DNA of 64,000 bases from Alphaproteobacteria bacterium (GTDB lineage Bacteria; Pseudomonadota; Alphaproteobacteria; SHVV01): the NCBI GenBank assembly GCA_965261735.1, contig OZ253470.1, forward strand, positions 4,480,001 to 4,544,000, in the 5' to 3' direction. Positions 1-10,218 of the stretch are shown here, one piece after another. The position numbers and the translations under genes were made by a program. The notes below the pieces were generated by a model that saw nothing but the letters and a program-made list of their open reading frames with translations, was not told the DNA's origin and did no database searches. Each line of letters begins with the position of its first letter. The stretch's first letter is position 1.

Positions 1-411
1 GACCTACTGCACTATAATCATTGCGTTTTCTTTCCCCTAGTCTCAATCCGGAATCAAATAGTCATCGGATTCAATCTATATCCTGACGCGACATGTCGCG
101 TCAGGCGTCAACATCGCCCGATTTCCTCGAATCGCACCCAAAGCATCCACGCTGAACAACAAGCGTAGGCTGCTACGCCTTCGCGAAGCAAATTCATCCT
201 CATTTCACTCAGCCTCCACCGCCGGCCACGGCGCGCAAGGTGCTCGACGCGAAATCGGCGGGACAGCGGCATCTGGCTGTTGATCCCTTCACGCATTGCG
301 TAACGAACCGCGCGCGGCTATCGGTGCGGCCATGACATCATCGTCGTGCTCGCGACGATCAGTGATGATCATCGGCCGGGCCGTCGCCGGCGAGCTTGCA
401 CGTTCCGCGAG

Positions 412-546
412 GCCCGTTTCATCGATGCCTTCGTGGATGGTTTGGACCTGGCGGCCGCTGGTTTCGAGCGCGCCGCGCCGAAGGCGACGGGTCGTCCCGG
501 CTACGATCCGGCGGACCTGCTGAAGCGTTACATATACGGCTGTTAA
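412..546 (+). pseudogene. IS1182-family transposase N-terminal fragment
   Basis: RFIDAFVDGLDLAAAGF...TGRPGYDPADLLKRYIYG matches the DUF772 N-terminus of IS1182 transposases; stops immediately after. Confidence 0.7.
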
Positions 547-739
547 TCGGCGCGCAGGTTCGACGCCGATCGGCGCGCTGACCCGTTGAGATCCCTTGAT
601 TCTGGGGGGGTCAAGTTTCTGCGCCGAATAACAAGCCGGGGCCGCCACGTGGATATTGTCAAGCCAGCCACTACGGGTTCCTGCCCGAGGCTGGCGGCAA
701 GGTGGGCAAGGACAGGCCGACCAAGGTCGGCCGCACCCT

Positions 740-2390
740 AGGAGCGTGCGCCGCAGAAAGGTCCGCGCGGCAAAGTTGATAGCGGACGGGTTGTGGGTGG
801 ATTTGCGCAGGGGGAAGTATGATCCGATACGCCAGTTGCGTGTGGGAACTCCCGATGCCGACCACGTTTCGTGCCTACCAGCCGGACCAACCCTTGCTTT
901 TGCCGCCGGACTTGCAGGAGTGGGTTTCCCCAGGGCACCTGGCTCATCACGTCAGCGATGTGGTCGATGCACTGGACTTGACGGCGTTCTATGCGCCCTA
1001 CGAGGGGGACGGTCGACGCAACGCCCCCTACGAGCCGTCGATGATGGTCAAGGTGCTGATCTATGCCTACGCGACGGGCACATTCTCCTCGCGCGCGGTG
1101 GCGAGGAAGCTGGAGGAGGATGTAGCGTTTAGGATGCTCGCGGCGGGCAACTTCCCGCAACATCGCACGGTATGTGAGTTCCGACGCCGACATCTGGCGG
1201 AGTTCAGCGAGCTGTTTGTGGGGGTGGTGCAGGTGGCGCGCGAGATGGGACTGGCGCGGTTCGGCAAGCTCTCGGTCGACGGGACGAAGGTGCGAGCGAA
1301 CGCGAGCAAGCGCAAGGCGATGAGCTATGAGCGGATGGGCAAAGAGGCGGCTCGCTTGCAGGCGGAGATCGAGGCGCTGCTGACGACGGCGGGGATGGTG
1401 GACGCCGAAGAAGACGAGCGTTGGGGCGAGGATTTCCGGGGCGACGAGTTGCCCGAGGAGTTGCAACGCAGGGAGAAGCGCCTGGCGGCGATCCAGGCAG
1501 CCAAAGCGCGTTTGGAGGCGGCGCAACGCGGGCGCGACGATGAGCGCGGGCGCGAGCCGGGGCAGGACCGCAATCCCCGGGGCGGGCGGCCTTACAAGCG
1601 GGCCTACGGCGAGCCCGAGCCGAAGGCGCAGAGCAATTTCACCGATCCCGAGAGCCAGATCATGAAGACCAGCAGCGAGGGGTTCCAGCAGTGCTACAAC
1701 GCGCAGATGGCGGTCGATGGGGAGCACCAGATCATCGTCGCGACTCAGGTGGGGCCACAGGCCAGCGACCAGGGTCAGCTGGTGGGGATGCTCGACGAGA
1801 TCAACGAGACGTTTGGGGTCGAGCCTGCGGTGGTACTGGCCGATGCGGGCTACTGCAACGAGCCGGATCTGTTGGAGCTGGAAGATCGCGGCATCGACGC
1901 GCACGTAGCGCTGGGGCGTGAAGGCAAGTCCCAGGTGGCGGTCGACCCGGCCCGGCTCCCTGCCACGCACCGCATGGGTGAGAAACTGGCGAGCCCCGCG
2001 GGCAAAGCCCGGTACGCGCAACGCAAGTGGCTCTCGGAGGCGCCGAACGGGTGGATCAAGGAGGTGCTCGGATTCCGACGATTCAGCCTGCGAGGCTTGG
2101 CGAAGGTGCGCGGCGAGTGGGACCTCGTGTGCTTGGCGTTGAACATCAAGCGGATGGGGACGGTGGCCACGTGCTGAGGCAGGTGCTGGCCTGCCAACGC
2201 ACTTGATCCGGGGCGCGCAGTGCCCATCGACCGCGTATGAAACGCGAATCTCTTCCCTTCCGGCCTTCCGGTCTGGGATTTCCATCCCAGAGTCGGGCGG
2301 GCCAGATATCCACACTCGGGCCAAAATCCCACCTCTCCGGCGGCCGCGCGCCAATCGCCCAACATCAAAACTTCTACGGCGCACGCTCCT
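740..2390 (+). mobile_element. IS1182-family insertion sequence
   Basis: Terminal inverted repeats AGGAGCGTGCGCCGCAGAA (740-758) and TTCTACGGCGCACGCTCCT (2372-2390), 18/19 match; no clear TSD. Confidence 0.85.
855..2177 (+). CDS. IS1182-family transposase
   Basis: MPTTFRAYQPDQPLLLPPDL start, PYEPSMMVKVLIYAY, VDGTKVRANAS, LADAGY and EAPNGWIK..LGFRRFSLRG motifs. Confidence 0.92.
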   Translation: MPTTFRAYQPDQPLLLPPDLQEWVSPGHLAHHVSDVVDALDLTAFYAPYEGDGRRNAPYEPSMMVKVLIYAYATGTFSSRAVARKLEEDVAFRMLAAGNFPQHRTVCEFRRRHLAEFSELFVGVVQVAREMGLARFGKLSVDGTKVRANASKRKAMSYERMGKEAARLQAEIEALLTTAGMVDAEEDERWGEDFRGDELPEELQRREKRLAAIQAAKARLEAAQRGRDDERGREPGQDRNPRGGRPYKRAYGEPEPKAQSNFTDPESQIMKTSSEGFQQCYNAQMAVDGEHQIIVATQVGPQASDQGQLVGMLDEINETFGVEPAVVLADAGYCNEPDLLELEDRGIDAHVALGREGKSQVAVDPARLPATHRMGEKLASPAGKARYAQRKWLSEAPNGWIKEVLGFRRFSLRGLAKVRGEWDLVCLALNIKRMGTVATC

Positions 2391-2538
2391 TGGCCGCGGT
2401 CTTATGCGACGGTGGTGTCGGTTCGGACTTTAGTTCAGCGGCTGGCTTCTTTGCAGAAAATGGCTTTTTCAGCATCTTCATCAATGCCTTAGCCAGTTTT
2501 TCCGGGGTCGCACCCTTAAAATCCAGGTTTTCGCCCAT
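2374..2538 (-). CDS. Small Lys-rich hypothetical protein, 3' end overlapped by the IS1182 end
   Basis: GGAGA RBS before ATG 2538; MGENLDFKGATPEKLAKALMK; lower-GC stretch. Confidence 0.4.
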   Translation of the reverse strand: MGENLDFKGATPEKLAKALMKMLKKPFSAKKPAAELKSEPTPPSHKTAAKERAP

Positions 2539-2622
2539 CGTTTCTCTCCGTTGTGATGACACACCCTAGAGCCGACCGATTCGCCGCGTCAACCATTTGA
2601 CTCCCCGTCCGGGCGGACACAC

Positions 2623-2989
2623 CTGTTCACCACCACCACCGGCTTTGCCACCCTCGACCGGTTGCTCGCAAGGCTCCACGCCAACAAGATCGAGTTGCTC
2701 CGCGCCCTCGAACGGCCGGATATCCCGCTTCACACCAACGGCTCGGAGAATGACATCCGCTGCCAGGTGACAAGGCGCAAAATCAGCGGTGGCACCCGCT
2801 CGGAGACCGGCCGCAACTGCCGCGACGCCTTCCTCGGCTTGATGAAGACCTGCGACAAGCTCGGCGTCTCGTTCTGGGACTACCTCGGCAGCCGGCTCGA
2901 CACCCCCGGCGCGCCGCCCATCCTCCCCCTGCCAGACCTCATCCGCCAGCGCGCCGCCGCCTGACCGCCCGGCCTTTTGCCCCTGTTAC
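2623..2989 (+). pseudogene. IS66-family transposase C-terminal remnant with terminal repeat
   Basis: PLHTNGSENDIRCQVTRRKISGGTRS...LMKTCDKLGVSFWDYL (stop 2964); ends in GTTAC (2985-2989), the complement of the IS66 GTAA terminus. Confidence 0.8.
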
Positions 2990-3406
2990 TCATGAGGGTG
3001 CTAACCCATTGATATTCCGTGATCTGACCCCCAAGGGTCGGCACTACAGGGTGCCGAACGGAGGGGCGGCGCGTGCGCCGTCAGGCGGAGATCCTCGGTT
3101 CAATGGAGATTCAGAAGGAACTGGCGGGAATTCATTCCCTTTCATCACGACATGGTTATCCCATGTTTCTGGGTTTATGAAATGATCGTCGAGGCTAAGA
3201 CTCGTCGTGGGGGTGACTACGGTGAACATCAGGCAATACCTGTAAATTTCCCTTGTCGGCGCCGGCGGCGATTAACTTGGTTTGGCGGTAGAATACATCC
3301 AGCACGTCGGTTCAAGTAGAACGTCGTGGAAAGGGAAACGGCAAGCTGGCGTGTAACAAGGGCAATCAGTTGCACCAGCCGGGCCACGCGGCAGTATAAG
3401 ATCGCA

Positions 3407-3598
3407 TTAACGAAGTCGACTGATGCTCACCGCGTCGAACCAGGCAAAGACGCGGGCGTGGTCGATGGTGTCGAGGCTGAGCGTCCCGAAGTAAGGCATC
3501 AGGCATTTGCGCAGGTAGACGTCGAAGGTCTCCAAAGAGAACGGCTTCCATCTGTGCCTGCGCCGCTCGCGGTAGCGGGCGGCGAAGTCGCCGCCCAT
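3407..3598 (-). pseudogene. Tyrosine integrase core-binding domain fragment
   Basis: WKPFSLETFDVYLRKCLMPYFGTLSLDTIDHARVFAWF resembles the integrase N-terminal SAM-like region; no catalytic domain present. Confidence 0.55.
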
Positions 3599-3642
3599 CT
3601 TGATGCTGCACCGGACGCGACCTCTTCATACGCCAGCGCACC

Positions 3643-3865
3643 ATGATGCCTAACGCCGTCCGCGCCCATCTAGCGCCGTTCGGTATCATCACGGCCCAGG
3701 GACCGCACAAAATTCCGGCCTTGATCAGGGAGATACAGGCCGGGGAAGTGACGGGATTGCCGCGGATCGCCCTTGCCGTTGTCGAATGCCTGGCCGCACA
3801 GCTGAACAATCTCGAACGCCAACCCTTGCTCTGGCACCGCGTGGATGAGACCAGTCGGCGTCTAG
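3643..3865 (+). pseudogene. IS110-family transposase internal fragment
   Basis: NAVRAHLAPFGIITAQG...LLWHRVDETSRRLA, cut at CTAG by the IS1380 left end. Confidence 0.7.
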
Positions 3866-4287
3866 CCCGCTTTATTCACGCCGGGTCTGATGTTGGGGAG
3901 GCGGCCGTGGCGTAAGTCGTTGGTATTGGGTAGAAAGTCGTTGTCCAGCGTCCTTCTCCCCAGGCAACGAAAGCGCCACGTCCACCATGACCGAAGATAG
4001 CCTGCTCCCGTTCGATCTGCCAGCCGTCAGACGCAAGAAGGTGACCGCCGATTTCGGCGGCGGGCTGATCTCGTCGGACGGCGGCGTGGTCCTTTTACGC
4101 GAGGCTGAGCGCCGGCTCGGCCTGGCCGAGACGCTGGCGGGCTGCATCCGGGAGTGGCGCGATCCGGCGACGGTGGTCCACACGCTGCCGGCGATGCTGC
4201 GCTTCCGCATGTTCGCGATCGCCTGCGGGTACGAGGATGCCGACGACTGCGACGCCCTGCGCACCGATCCGCTGTTCAAGCTGGCCG
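3866..4287 (+). mobile_element. IS1380-family left-end remnant with truncated transposase (ATG 3987)
   Basis: CCCGCTTTATTC end shared with 7063-7074; ADFGGGLISSDGG..GYEDADDCDALRTDPLFKLA, then homology stops. Confidence 0.85.
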
Positions 4288-4487
4288 CGCGCTGGCCGAT
4301 TACCAAAATCATGTCATCGGATGGCTGCAATGGGAACAGAGTTCCCTTGGAGATGGGGTCGTGGTACGATTTCCGCGAATTTGGATGCCATCTGGAGAAT
4401 GTCGGCTTAGCTGTGCGAGCATCGCTCCATGCGGTAGACGCTCGATCTCCGCCGCCAAGCCGACAAGCAACCAGTCGGAGGATAACC

Positions 4488-5540
4488 ATGCGTACCCACT
4501 CCTCGACCGCACTATCGGTCGTTGCTGCCGCCATTGTGGCGGCATCCAGCGTTGCCGCGGCCCCGTACGATGCGGAGCTGAAGCAGCGCTACGAGGCAGC
4601 CAAGGCCGAAGGCAAGGTCGTCATGTACAGCGTCGAATCGATCGAGCTCATCCAAGAGCTCGCCGATGCCTTCAAGGCCCGCTTCCCGGGAATCGATTTC
4701 GACTTCTTCCGCGGCGACAGTACGCAGATCGCCCAGCGCTTCGAAGCCGAGACGGCGGCGGGTCGGCACCTGTCGGACGTGCTCATGCTCACGGCCACCG
4801 ACAGCGAAAACATGACCAGGGACGGGCTGCTGCTGGACACCAACTCGCCGGTTGCCAAGAGCTATCCCGCCGGCACCCAGCCAACCAACGGCTATTGGTA
4901 CAACTACGGCCTGAACACGGTCGGCTTCGCCTACAACACCGACCTCGTGAAGCCGAGCGAGGCGCCCAAGACCTGGGAGGACCTGCTCGATCCCAAGTGG
5001 AAGGGCAAGATCGGCATGCAGGACCCGAAGTCCGGCGGCGGCGGCGCCCACGCCTGGGTGGCGCGGATGTACCAGGTCTACGGCGAGGAGAGGTGGTTCG
5101 AGTTCATGGACAGAATGGGCGGCCAGATCGGCAAGTTCGGCCGCTATTTCCCGATCCGCGAATCGCTCGCCTCGGGTGAGATCGCGATCCAGCTCGCCGC
5201 CTATCCCGACTACACCGAGCCCCTGAAGATCAAGGGCGCGCCGATCGACTGGGGTACGCCGACGCCGATGTTCTTCGTCGGCCTCACCGTTCAGGCGAAC
5301 AAGTCGGCACCGCACCCGAACGCGGCTCGCCTCGTCGTCGACTTCATCCTGACACCGGAGGCGCAGAAGATTATTGGCGGCACCGGCAAGATCCCCGCGG
5401 ATCCTGCCAACCGCCCGGGCGGCTTCGCCCGCCTCAACGACGCGATGATGGAGCCGATGGACGCGAACCGGCTATGGAGCATCCATTCCAAGGACTGGTT
5501 CAACGAACGCATCCGCAAGTACTTCGCGGCGGGACGCTAG
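4488..5540 (+). CDS. ABC transporter extracellular solute-binding protein (Fe3+/thiamine/polyamine-like class)
   Basis: GGAGGA RBS, signal peptide, AAKAEGKVVMYS, APKTWEDLLDPKWKGKI and APHPNAARLVVDFIL motifs; no cognate permease nearby. Confidence 0.85.
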   Translation: MRTHSSTALSVVAAAIVAASSVAAAPYDAELKQRYEAAKAEGKVVMYSVESIELIQELADAFKARFPGIDFDFFRGDSTQIAQRFEAETAAGRHLSDVLMLTATDSENMTRDGLLLDTNSPVAKSYPAGTQPTNGYWYNYGLNTVGFAYNTDLVKPSEAPKTWEDLLDPKWKGKIGMQDPKSGGGGAHAWVARMYQVYGEERWFEFMDRMGGQIGKFGRYFPIRESLASGEIAIQLAAYPDYTEPLKIKGAPIDWGTPTPMFFVGLTVQANKSAPHPNAARLVVDFILTPEAQKIIGGTGKIPADPANRPGGFARLNDAMMEPMDANRLWSIHSKDWFNERIRKYFAAGR

Positions 5541-7074
5541 CCTGACTTATTCATCGGAGGCAGAGTTTATCGGTTGATTTTGAGCGCGCGAAGGTTTGTG
5601 TTCGGCGCCTTGCGGTGCCGGGATTTGAGGTTGGCGGTGTCGGGGTTTGGGGTTGAATGGGCTCGGGTTGGCGGGGCACGGCGCCCCGGCGATCAGGGGC
5701 CCGCGGCGGCGAGGCGCCCGGCCAGCAGGCGGAACAGGGCGGCATCCGGACAGGCCGAAGCGAAGTGGATGCGGATGCGGGCGGCCTTTTCGACGACGCG
5801 GGCGCCGATCTTGAGCAGGCTTTTCCTGAGGGTCGCGAACTCGGCCCAGGCAAGCGGCATCCGGCGGGGCACGGCATCGCGCAGGGCGAGCATGAGCCAG
5901 TAGGCCGCGGTGTGCAGGACGAGGCGGAACTGGTTGGCGAGCGGGCTCTGGCAGGAGGTCCGGTCGGAGGCGAGCTGGCCCTTGTGCAGCTTGATGAGGT
6001 TCTCGGCCTGGCCGCGGGCGCAGTAGATACCTTCATAGAGATGTCGGGGCTCGCCACCGAGCGAGGTGACGATGTAGCGGGCGGCGAAGCCCCGCATCCT
6101 GTCCGCGCCGGCCTCGGCGCGGCGCACCCTGAGGTCGTCGGCCACCTCGTATGAGAGGCGGTGCAACACGCTGTTACCGGCCAGGCCGAAGATGTAGTCG
6201 ACGCCGTTGTCCTCGCACCACGCCATGGCCTCGGTCCGTCCGTAATGGGAATCTCCCCGGAAGGTGAGCCGGGTGCGCGGCCAGTGCCGGCGGATGCGGC
6301 GCACCAGGTGCTTGAGGAGGATGCGGACCTCGACCCCCGACGGTGTCTTGCCCGGACGCAGGAGCACCGCCACCGGCTTGCCGCTCTTGAGACATGGTAG
6401 ACGTGGACCGGCAGGAAGCAGCGGGTGTCGTAATGGGCGTGGAACAGCGACAGCTGCTGGCGGCCGTGCACCGGATCGCAGGTGTCGTCGATGTCCAGCG
6501 TGATCGCCGTCGGCGGGGCGGGGAAGGAACGGCAGAAGATGTCGACCAGGGCGGCCGTCATGCGCCCCACCTCGATGCGGGACGGCGCGTTCTCCAGACG
6601 GCTCATGGTCGGCTGAGAACACAGGGCGCGGCCGCTCTCCGGCGCCCGGCCGACGGCCAGCTTGAACAAGGGATCGCCACGTAGCGCGTCGCAGTCGTCG
6701 GCATCCTCGTACCCGCAGGCGATCGCGAACATGCGAAAGCGCAGCATCCCCGGCAGCACATGGACCACCCGCTCCGGGTCGCGCCACTCCCGGATGCAAC
6801 CCGCCAGCGTCTCGGACAGGCCGAGCCGGCGTTCCGCCTCGCGCAACAGAACGAGGCCGCCGTCCGACGAGATCAGCCCGCCCCCGAAATCGGCGGTCAC
6901 CTTCTTGCGACTTACGGCTCGAAGATCGAACGGGAGCAGGATATCTTCGGTCATGGCGGGCGTGGCGCTTTCGTTGCCTGGGGAGAAGGACGCTGGACAA
7001 CGACTTTCTACCCAATACCAACGGCTTACGCCATGTCCGCCATCACATCGTCGCACCGCAAAGAATAAAGCGGG
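5541..7074 (-). mobile_element. IS1380-family element, transposase pseudogene (6954-5693)
   Basis: Both ends present and bordered by CTAG; LDIDDT and RGQAENLIK motifs; frameshift near 6390 and an 81-bp deletion near 6080 relative to the copy at 12360. Confidence 0.9.
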
Positions 7075-7118
7075 CTAGCGTCCCGCCGCGAAGTACTTGC
7101 GGATGCGTTCGTTGAACC
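7075..7118. repeat. 44-bp perfect inverted copy of 5497-5540 (3' end of the solute-binding gene)
   Basis: CTAGCGTCCCGCCGCGAAGTACTTGCGGATGCGTTCGTTGAACC is the reverse complement of 5497-5540. Confidence 0.9.
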
Positions 7119-8073
7119 TTGCCTATCCGGTTTACACCCACACCCACTAGGGCTAGAATGGGCGCAACCCGGATATAGGGGAGCGCGCCATGGATGTTCT
7201 CGACCGCGCCGATCTCCCATTCCCGCATTCGCTACCCGAGTTCCAGCGACTTTTCCCCGATGATGCGGCCTGCGCCGCCTACCTGGAGAAAGCCCGCTGG
7301 GGAGACGGCTTTGCCTGCCCGCACTGCGGCACGGCGGGAGAGCCGTTCCACTTTGAAAACCGCCCTGGCGTCCTGCGCTGCCGCAAGTGCCGCCAAGAAC
7401 ACCGGGCTGACGGTGGGAACAGTGATGGAGCGTAGCCACACTCCGCTGAACGTCTGGTTCTGGGCCGCTTATCTGGTCGCCAGTCAGACGCCCGGCATGT
7501 CCGCCGTGCAGTTTCAGCGGCAACTTGGTCTTTCGCGCTACGAGACGGCCTTTCAAATTCTCCACAAGCTCCGCTCGGGCATGGTGCGGCCCAACCAAGA
7601 CAGGATCGGTGGACAGCCCAAGAACCATGTTGAGGTGGACGAAACCTGGGTTGGCGGGCGAACGCGTGGGGAAGGCCGTGGTGTTCACCACAAGGTTCCC
7701 GTCTCCTGTGCCATCGACGTCGTGCTCGACCGTAGCGCCGAGTCGCTCTGTGGGTTCGTCGAGAGCACCGTCGCGCCGCGATCGCTGATCGTTACTGACG
7801 ATTGGAGCGGCTATGCTGGCCTCGGGAAGCGCGGCTATGAGCACTTCGCTGTTGCCGAGTGTGGTGATCCAGAGGTTGCCGAGCAATACCTGCCGATCAT
7901 CCATCTGGTTTTCGCCAACCTGAAGACGTGGCTGATCGGTATCCACCACGGCGTTAGCCACCAGCACCTACAAGCCTACCTCAACGAGTTCACCTTCCGC
8001 TTCAACAGGCGGTTCTACCCGTTCAACGCCTTCCGCTCATTGCTCGGCATCGCGGGCGACACCTCTGCTCCAA
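7118..8073 (+). mobile_element. IS1595-family element, degenerate and truncated
   Basis: Near-identical to 59497-60601 but with a +1 frameshift near 7396, a 75-bp deletion near 7718 and loss of the right end. Confidence 0.9.
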
Positions 8074-8359
8074 TCCCAATACCGGCAACGCAGGGGCGAT
8101 TACGCCAACCCACACCTACAGATCGCCCGGCGGAATCTACCGCAGGGAATAACAGTTCACCGTGACCGCCGGCGGGCGCACCGAGCAAGCCCACGGCAGC
8201 GCCTGCCGCCAGCCCGACGGCTCGTGGCGGGTATCGAACCAGCACCGCACCCTCCCATGGTGACTTGCCTAGCGCAGTAACAGCGGCGATCGATTCAACT
8301 GTCCTTGCACGGTCCAGCCGTTCCGGCCCCATCCGGTTCCGTTACGCCGGCGAGAGCCA

Positions 8360-8444
8360 GAGCTTGAGCCGAAGGCGGGCGAGGGCGGATGCCGAAGAGG
8401 GTGTCCCCGCCCGGTTCCGCATTCACGCAATCCCGGAGACCGAT
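8360..8444 (+). promoter_or_regulatory. Conserved GC-rich leader upstream of parB-like gene
   Basis: GAGCTTG..CCG..GGCGGGCG..CGGAT..GAGGG..CCCCGCC..GTTC..GGAGAC-ATG pattern recurs at 19558-19643. Confidence 0.45.
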
Positions 8445-10077
8445 ATGCATGACCCCGAACGCGAAATCCGCGACATCCCGCTGTCCCAACTCGAACTCTC
8501 GCCCGGCAATGTGCGCAAGACGCCGGCCGATGATTCGGCCTTCACCGAGCTCAAGGCCTCGATCGCAGCCCACGGGTTGCTCGAGAACCTGATTGCCCGT
8601 TCCGTGAGACCCGGCGCGGATTGCGTCGCGCGCTACGCGGTGATCGCCGGCGGGAGGCGGCTTGCCGCGATGCAGGCGCTGGCCGCCGAAGGCGCGCTGG
8701 AAGAGGACCACCCCGTGCCGTGCCGAATGATCGGGGATATCGTGGCGGCCGAAGAAGTTTCGCTGGCCGAGAACAGTGTCCGCGCCGCGATGCACCCGGC
8801 CGATCAGGTCGAGGCGTTCCGCCGCCTGGCCGATGCGGGCAGCACGGCGGGCGCCATCGCGGCGCGCTTCGGGGTCTCGGAACGCACCGTGGAGAAACGC
8901 TTGCGGCTCGGCAACGCCGCACCGGTGCTGCTCGAGGCCTACCGAGCAGGCGAAATCGATCTGGACACATTGATGGCCTTCGCCGTCACCACAAATCAGG
9001 CACGCCAGAGCGCGGTCTGGGAGACGGTGAGCCAACAGGGCTACCGGCCTGGCGCCAGGCAGGTCAAGCGCCTGCTGACCGAGGACCGGGTTCCGGCCAC
9101 CTCCGCAATCGTGCGTTTCGTCGGCATCGAGGCTTACGAGGCGGCGGGCGGCAGGATCGACCGCGACCTGTTCGCCGAGGAGGACGAGCGAGGGATCTGG
9201 TTCGACGATCCTAACCTCTTGAACAAGCTCGCCATGGACAGCCTCCAGGTGGCGGCGAGGGAACTGGAGACGCGCTGGAAATGGGCCGAGGCGCGGCTCG
9301 ACGTGGACTGGAGCGCCACCGCGAGCTTTGGGCGGGTGCGTCCGCAACCGGCCGAGCCGACGGACGAGGAGAAGGCCGAGATCGAACGCTTGAGGACCCG
9401 CAACGACGGACTCGCCAACATGGACGACGACGGCTGGACCGAAGAATTGGTCGAGGAAGCCGATGCCAACGAGACGCGCCTGGACGAGATCGAAGCCACG
9501 ATCGAGGCCCGCGCGGTCTACCGTCGCGAGGATATCGCCATCGCCGGGTGCATCGCCACCGTCGGCAACGACGGCGAACTCAAACTGATCCAGGGCCTGG
9601 TCAGGCCCGAGGACATGCCCGCGCGCGAAGCAGGCGATGCGGCCGCGGCCGGGCACGCCGATACTGCCGATGGAGAGGAAAACACCATCTCCGGCATTGA
9701 TGCGCCCACATTCGTGGCTCCCCTCGCTTCTCCCGGCGATACGGAAGCCGAGGCGCGCAAGGAAGTGGGTGTAGGCATCGGTCTTGCCGACGATCTGCGG
9801 GCCATCCGCACGGCCATCGTCAAGAGTCAGCTCGCCTGCGACTTCGAGGTAGCCTTCGATCTGCTGCTGTTCCAGCTTGCCCGCAGCGTGTTCACCAACG
9901 GCTACCATGATGCCGCACTCGATATCAGGGCGGCCGAAACACCGGACCGTCCCGCCATGCGGGTCAACGACGATGCTTTCGGCACCATCAATGTCGGTGA
10001 GAAGCACCTCGAGATCGACCGTGCCGCGCAAAAGCTCGATTGGACCGGCCTGCCCGAAGTCGAGGCCTTCGCCGCGG
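8445..10077 (+). pseudogene. ParB/RepB/Spo0J-family protein of plasmid/ICE type, C-terminally truncated
   Basis: IPLSQLELSPGNVRKT, IAGGRRLAA, SLAENSVRAAMHPADQ, HTH IAARFGVSERTV, YEAAGGRIDRDLF; sequence degenerates after about 10077 although the frame runs to 10271. Confidence 0.8.
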
Positions 10078-10218
10078 CGTCGCCGGGATGCAATTTCGGA
10101 AGACTCCTGACGCGGGTCGCGGGCGCACTTCTGCGACGACGCAGTAGGGTCCAGGACAATGCGCGGCGGGTCGACGGAATCGGTTGTCGTCCCCGGGCCG
10201 CGATCGTCTCGAGAGGGA

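Noticed and set aside
1-410. Short ORFs at the window start
   Set aside because: No motif or RBS support
738-2384. Long antisense or off-frame ORFs (738-2384, 8295-10310, 10159-12318, 46428-48116, 54792-56621 and others)
   Set aside because: Shadow ORFs over recognisable genes in high-GC DNA; Arg/Pro/Ala-rich with no motifs
3987-5540. 517-aa transposase plus solute-binding fusion ORF
   Set aside because: The SBP has its own RBS, ATG (4488) and signal peptide; the linker looks non-coding, so this is chance in-frame read-through from a truncated IS1380
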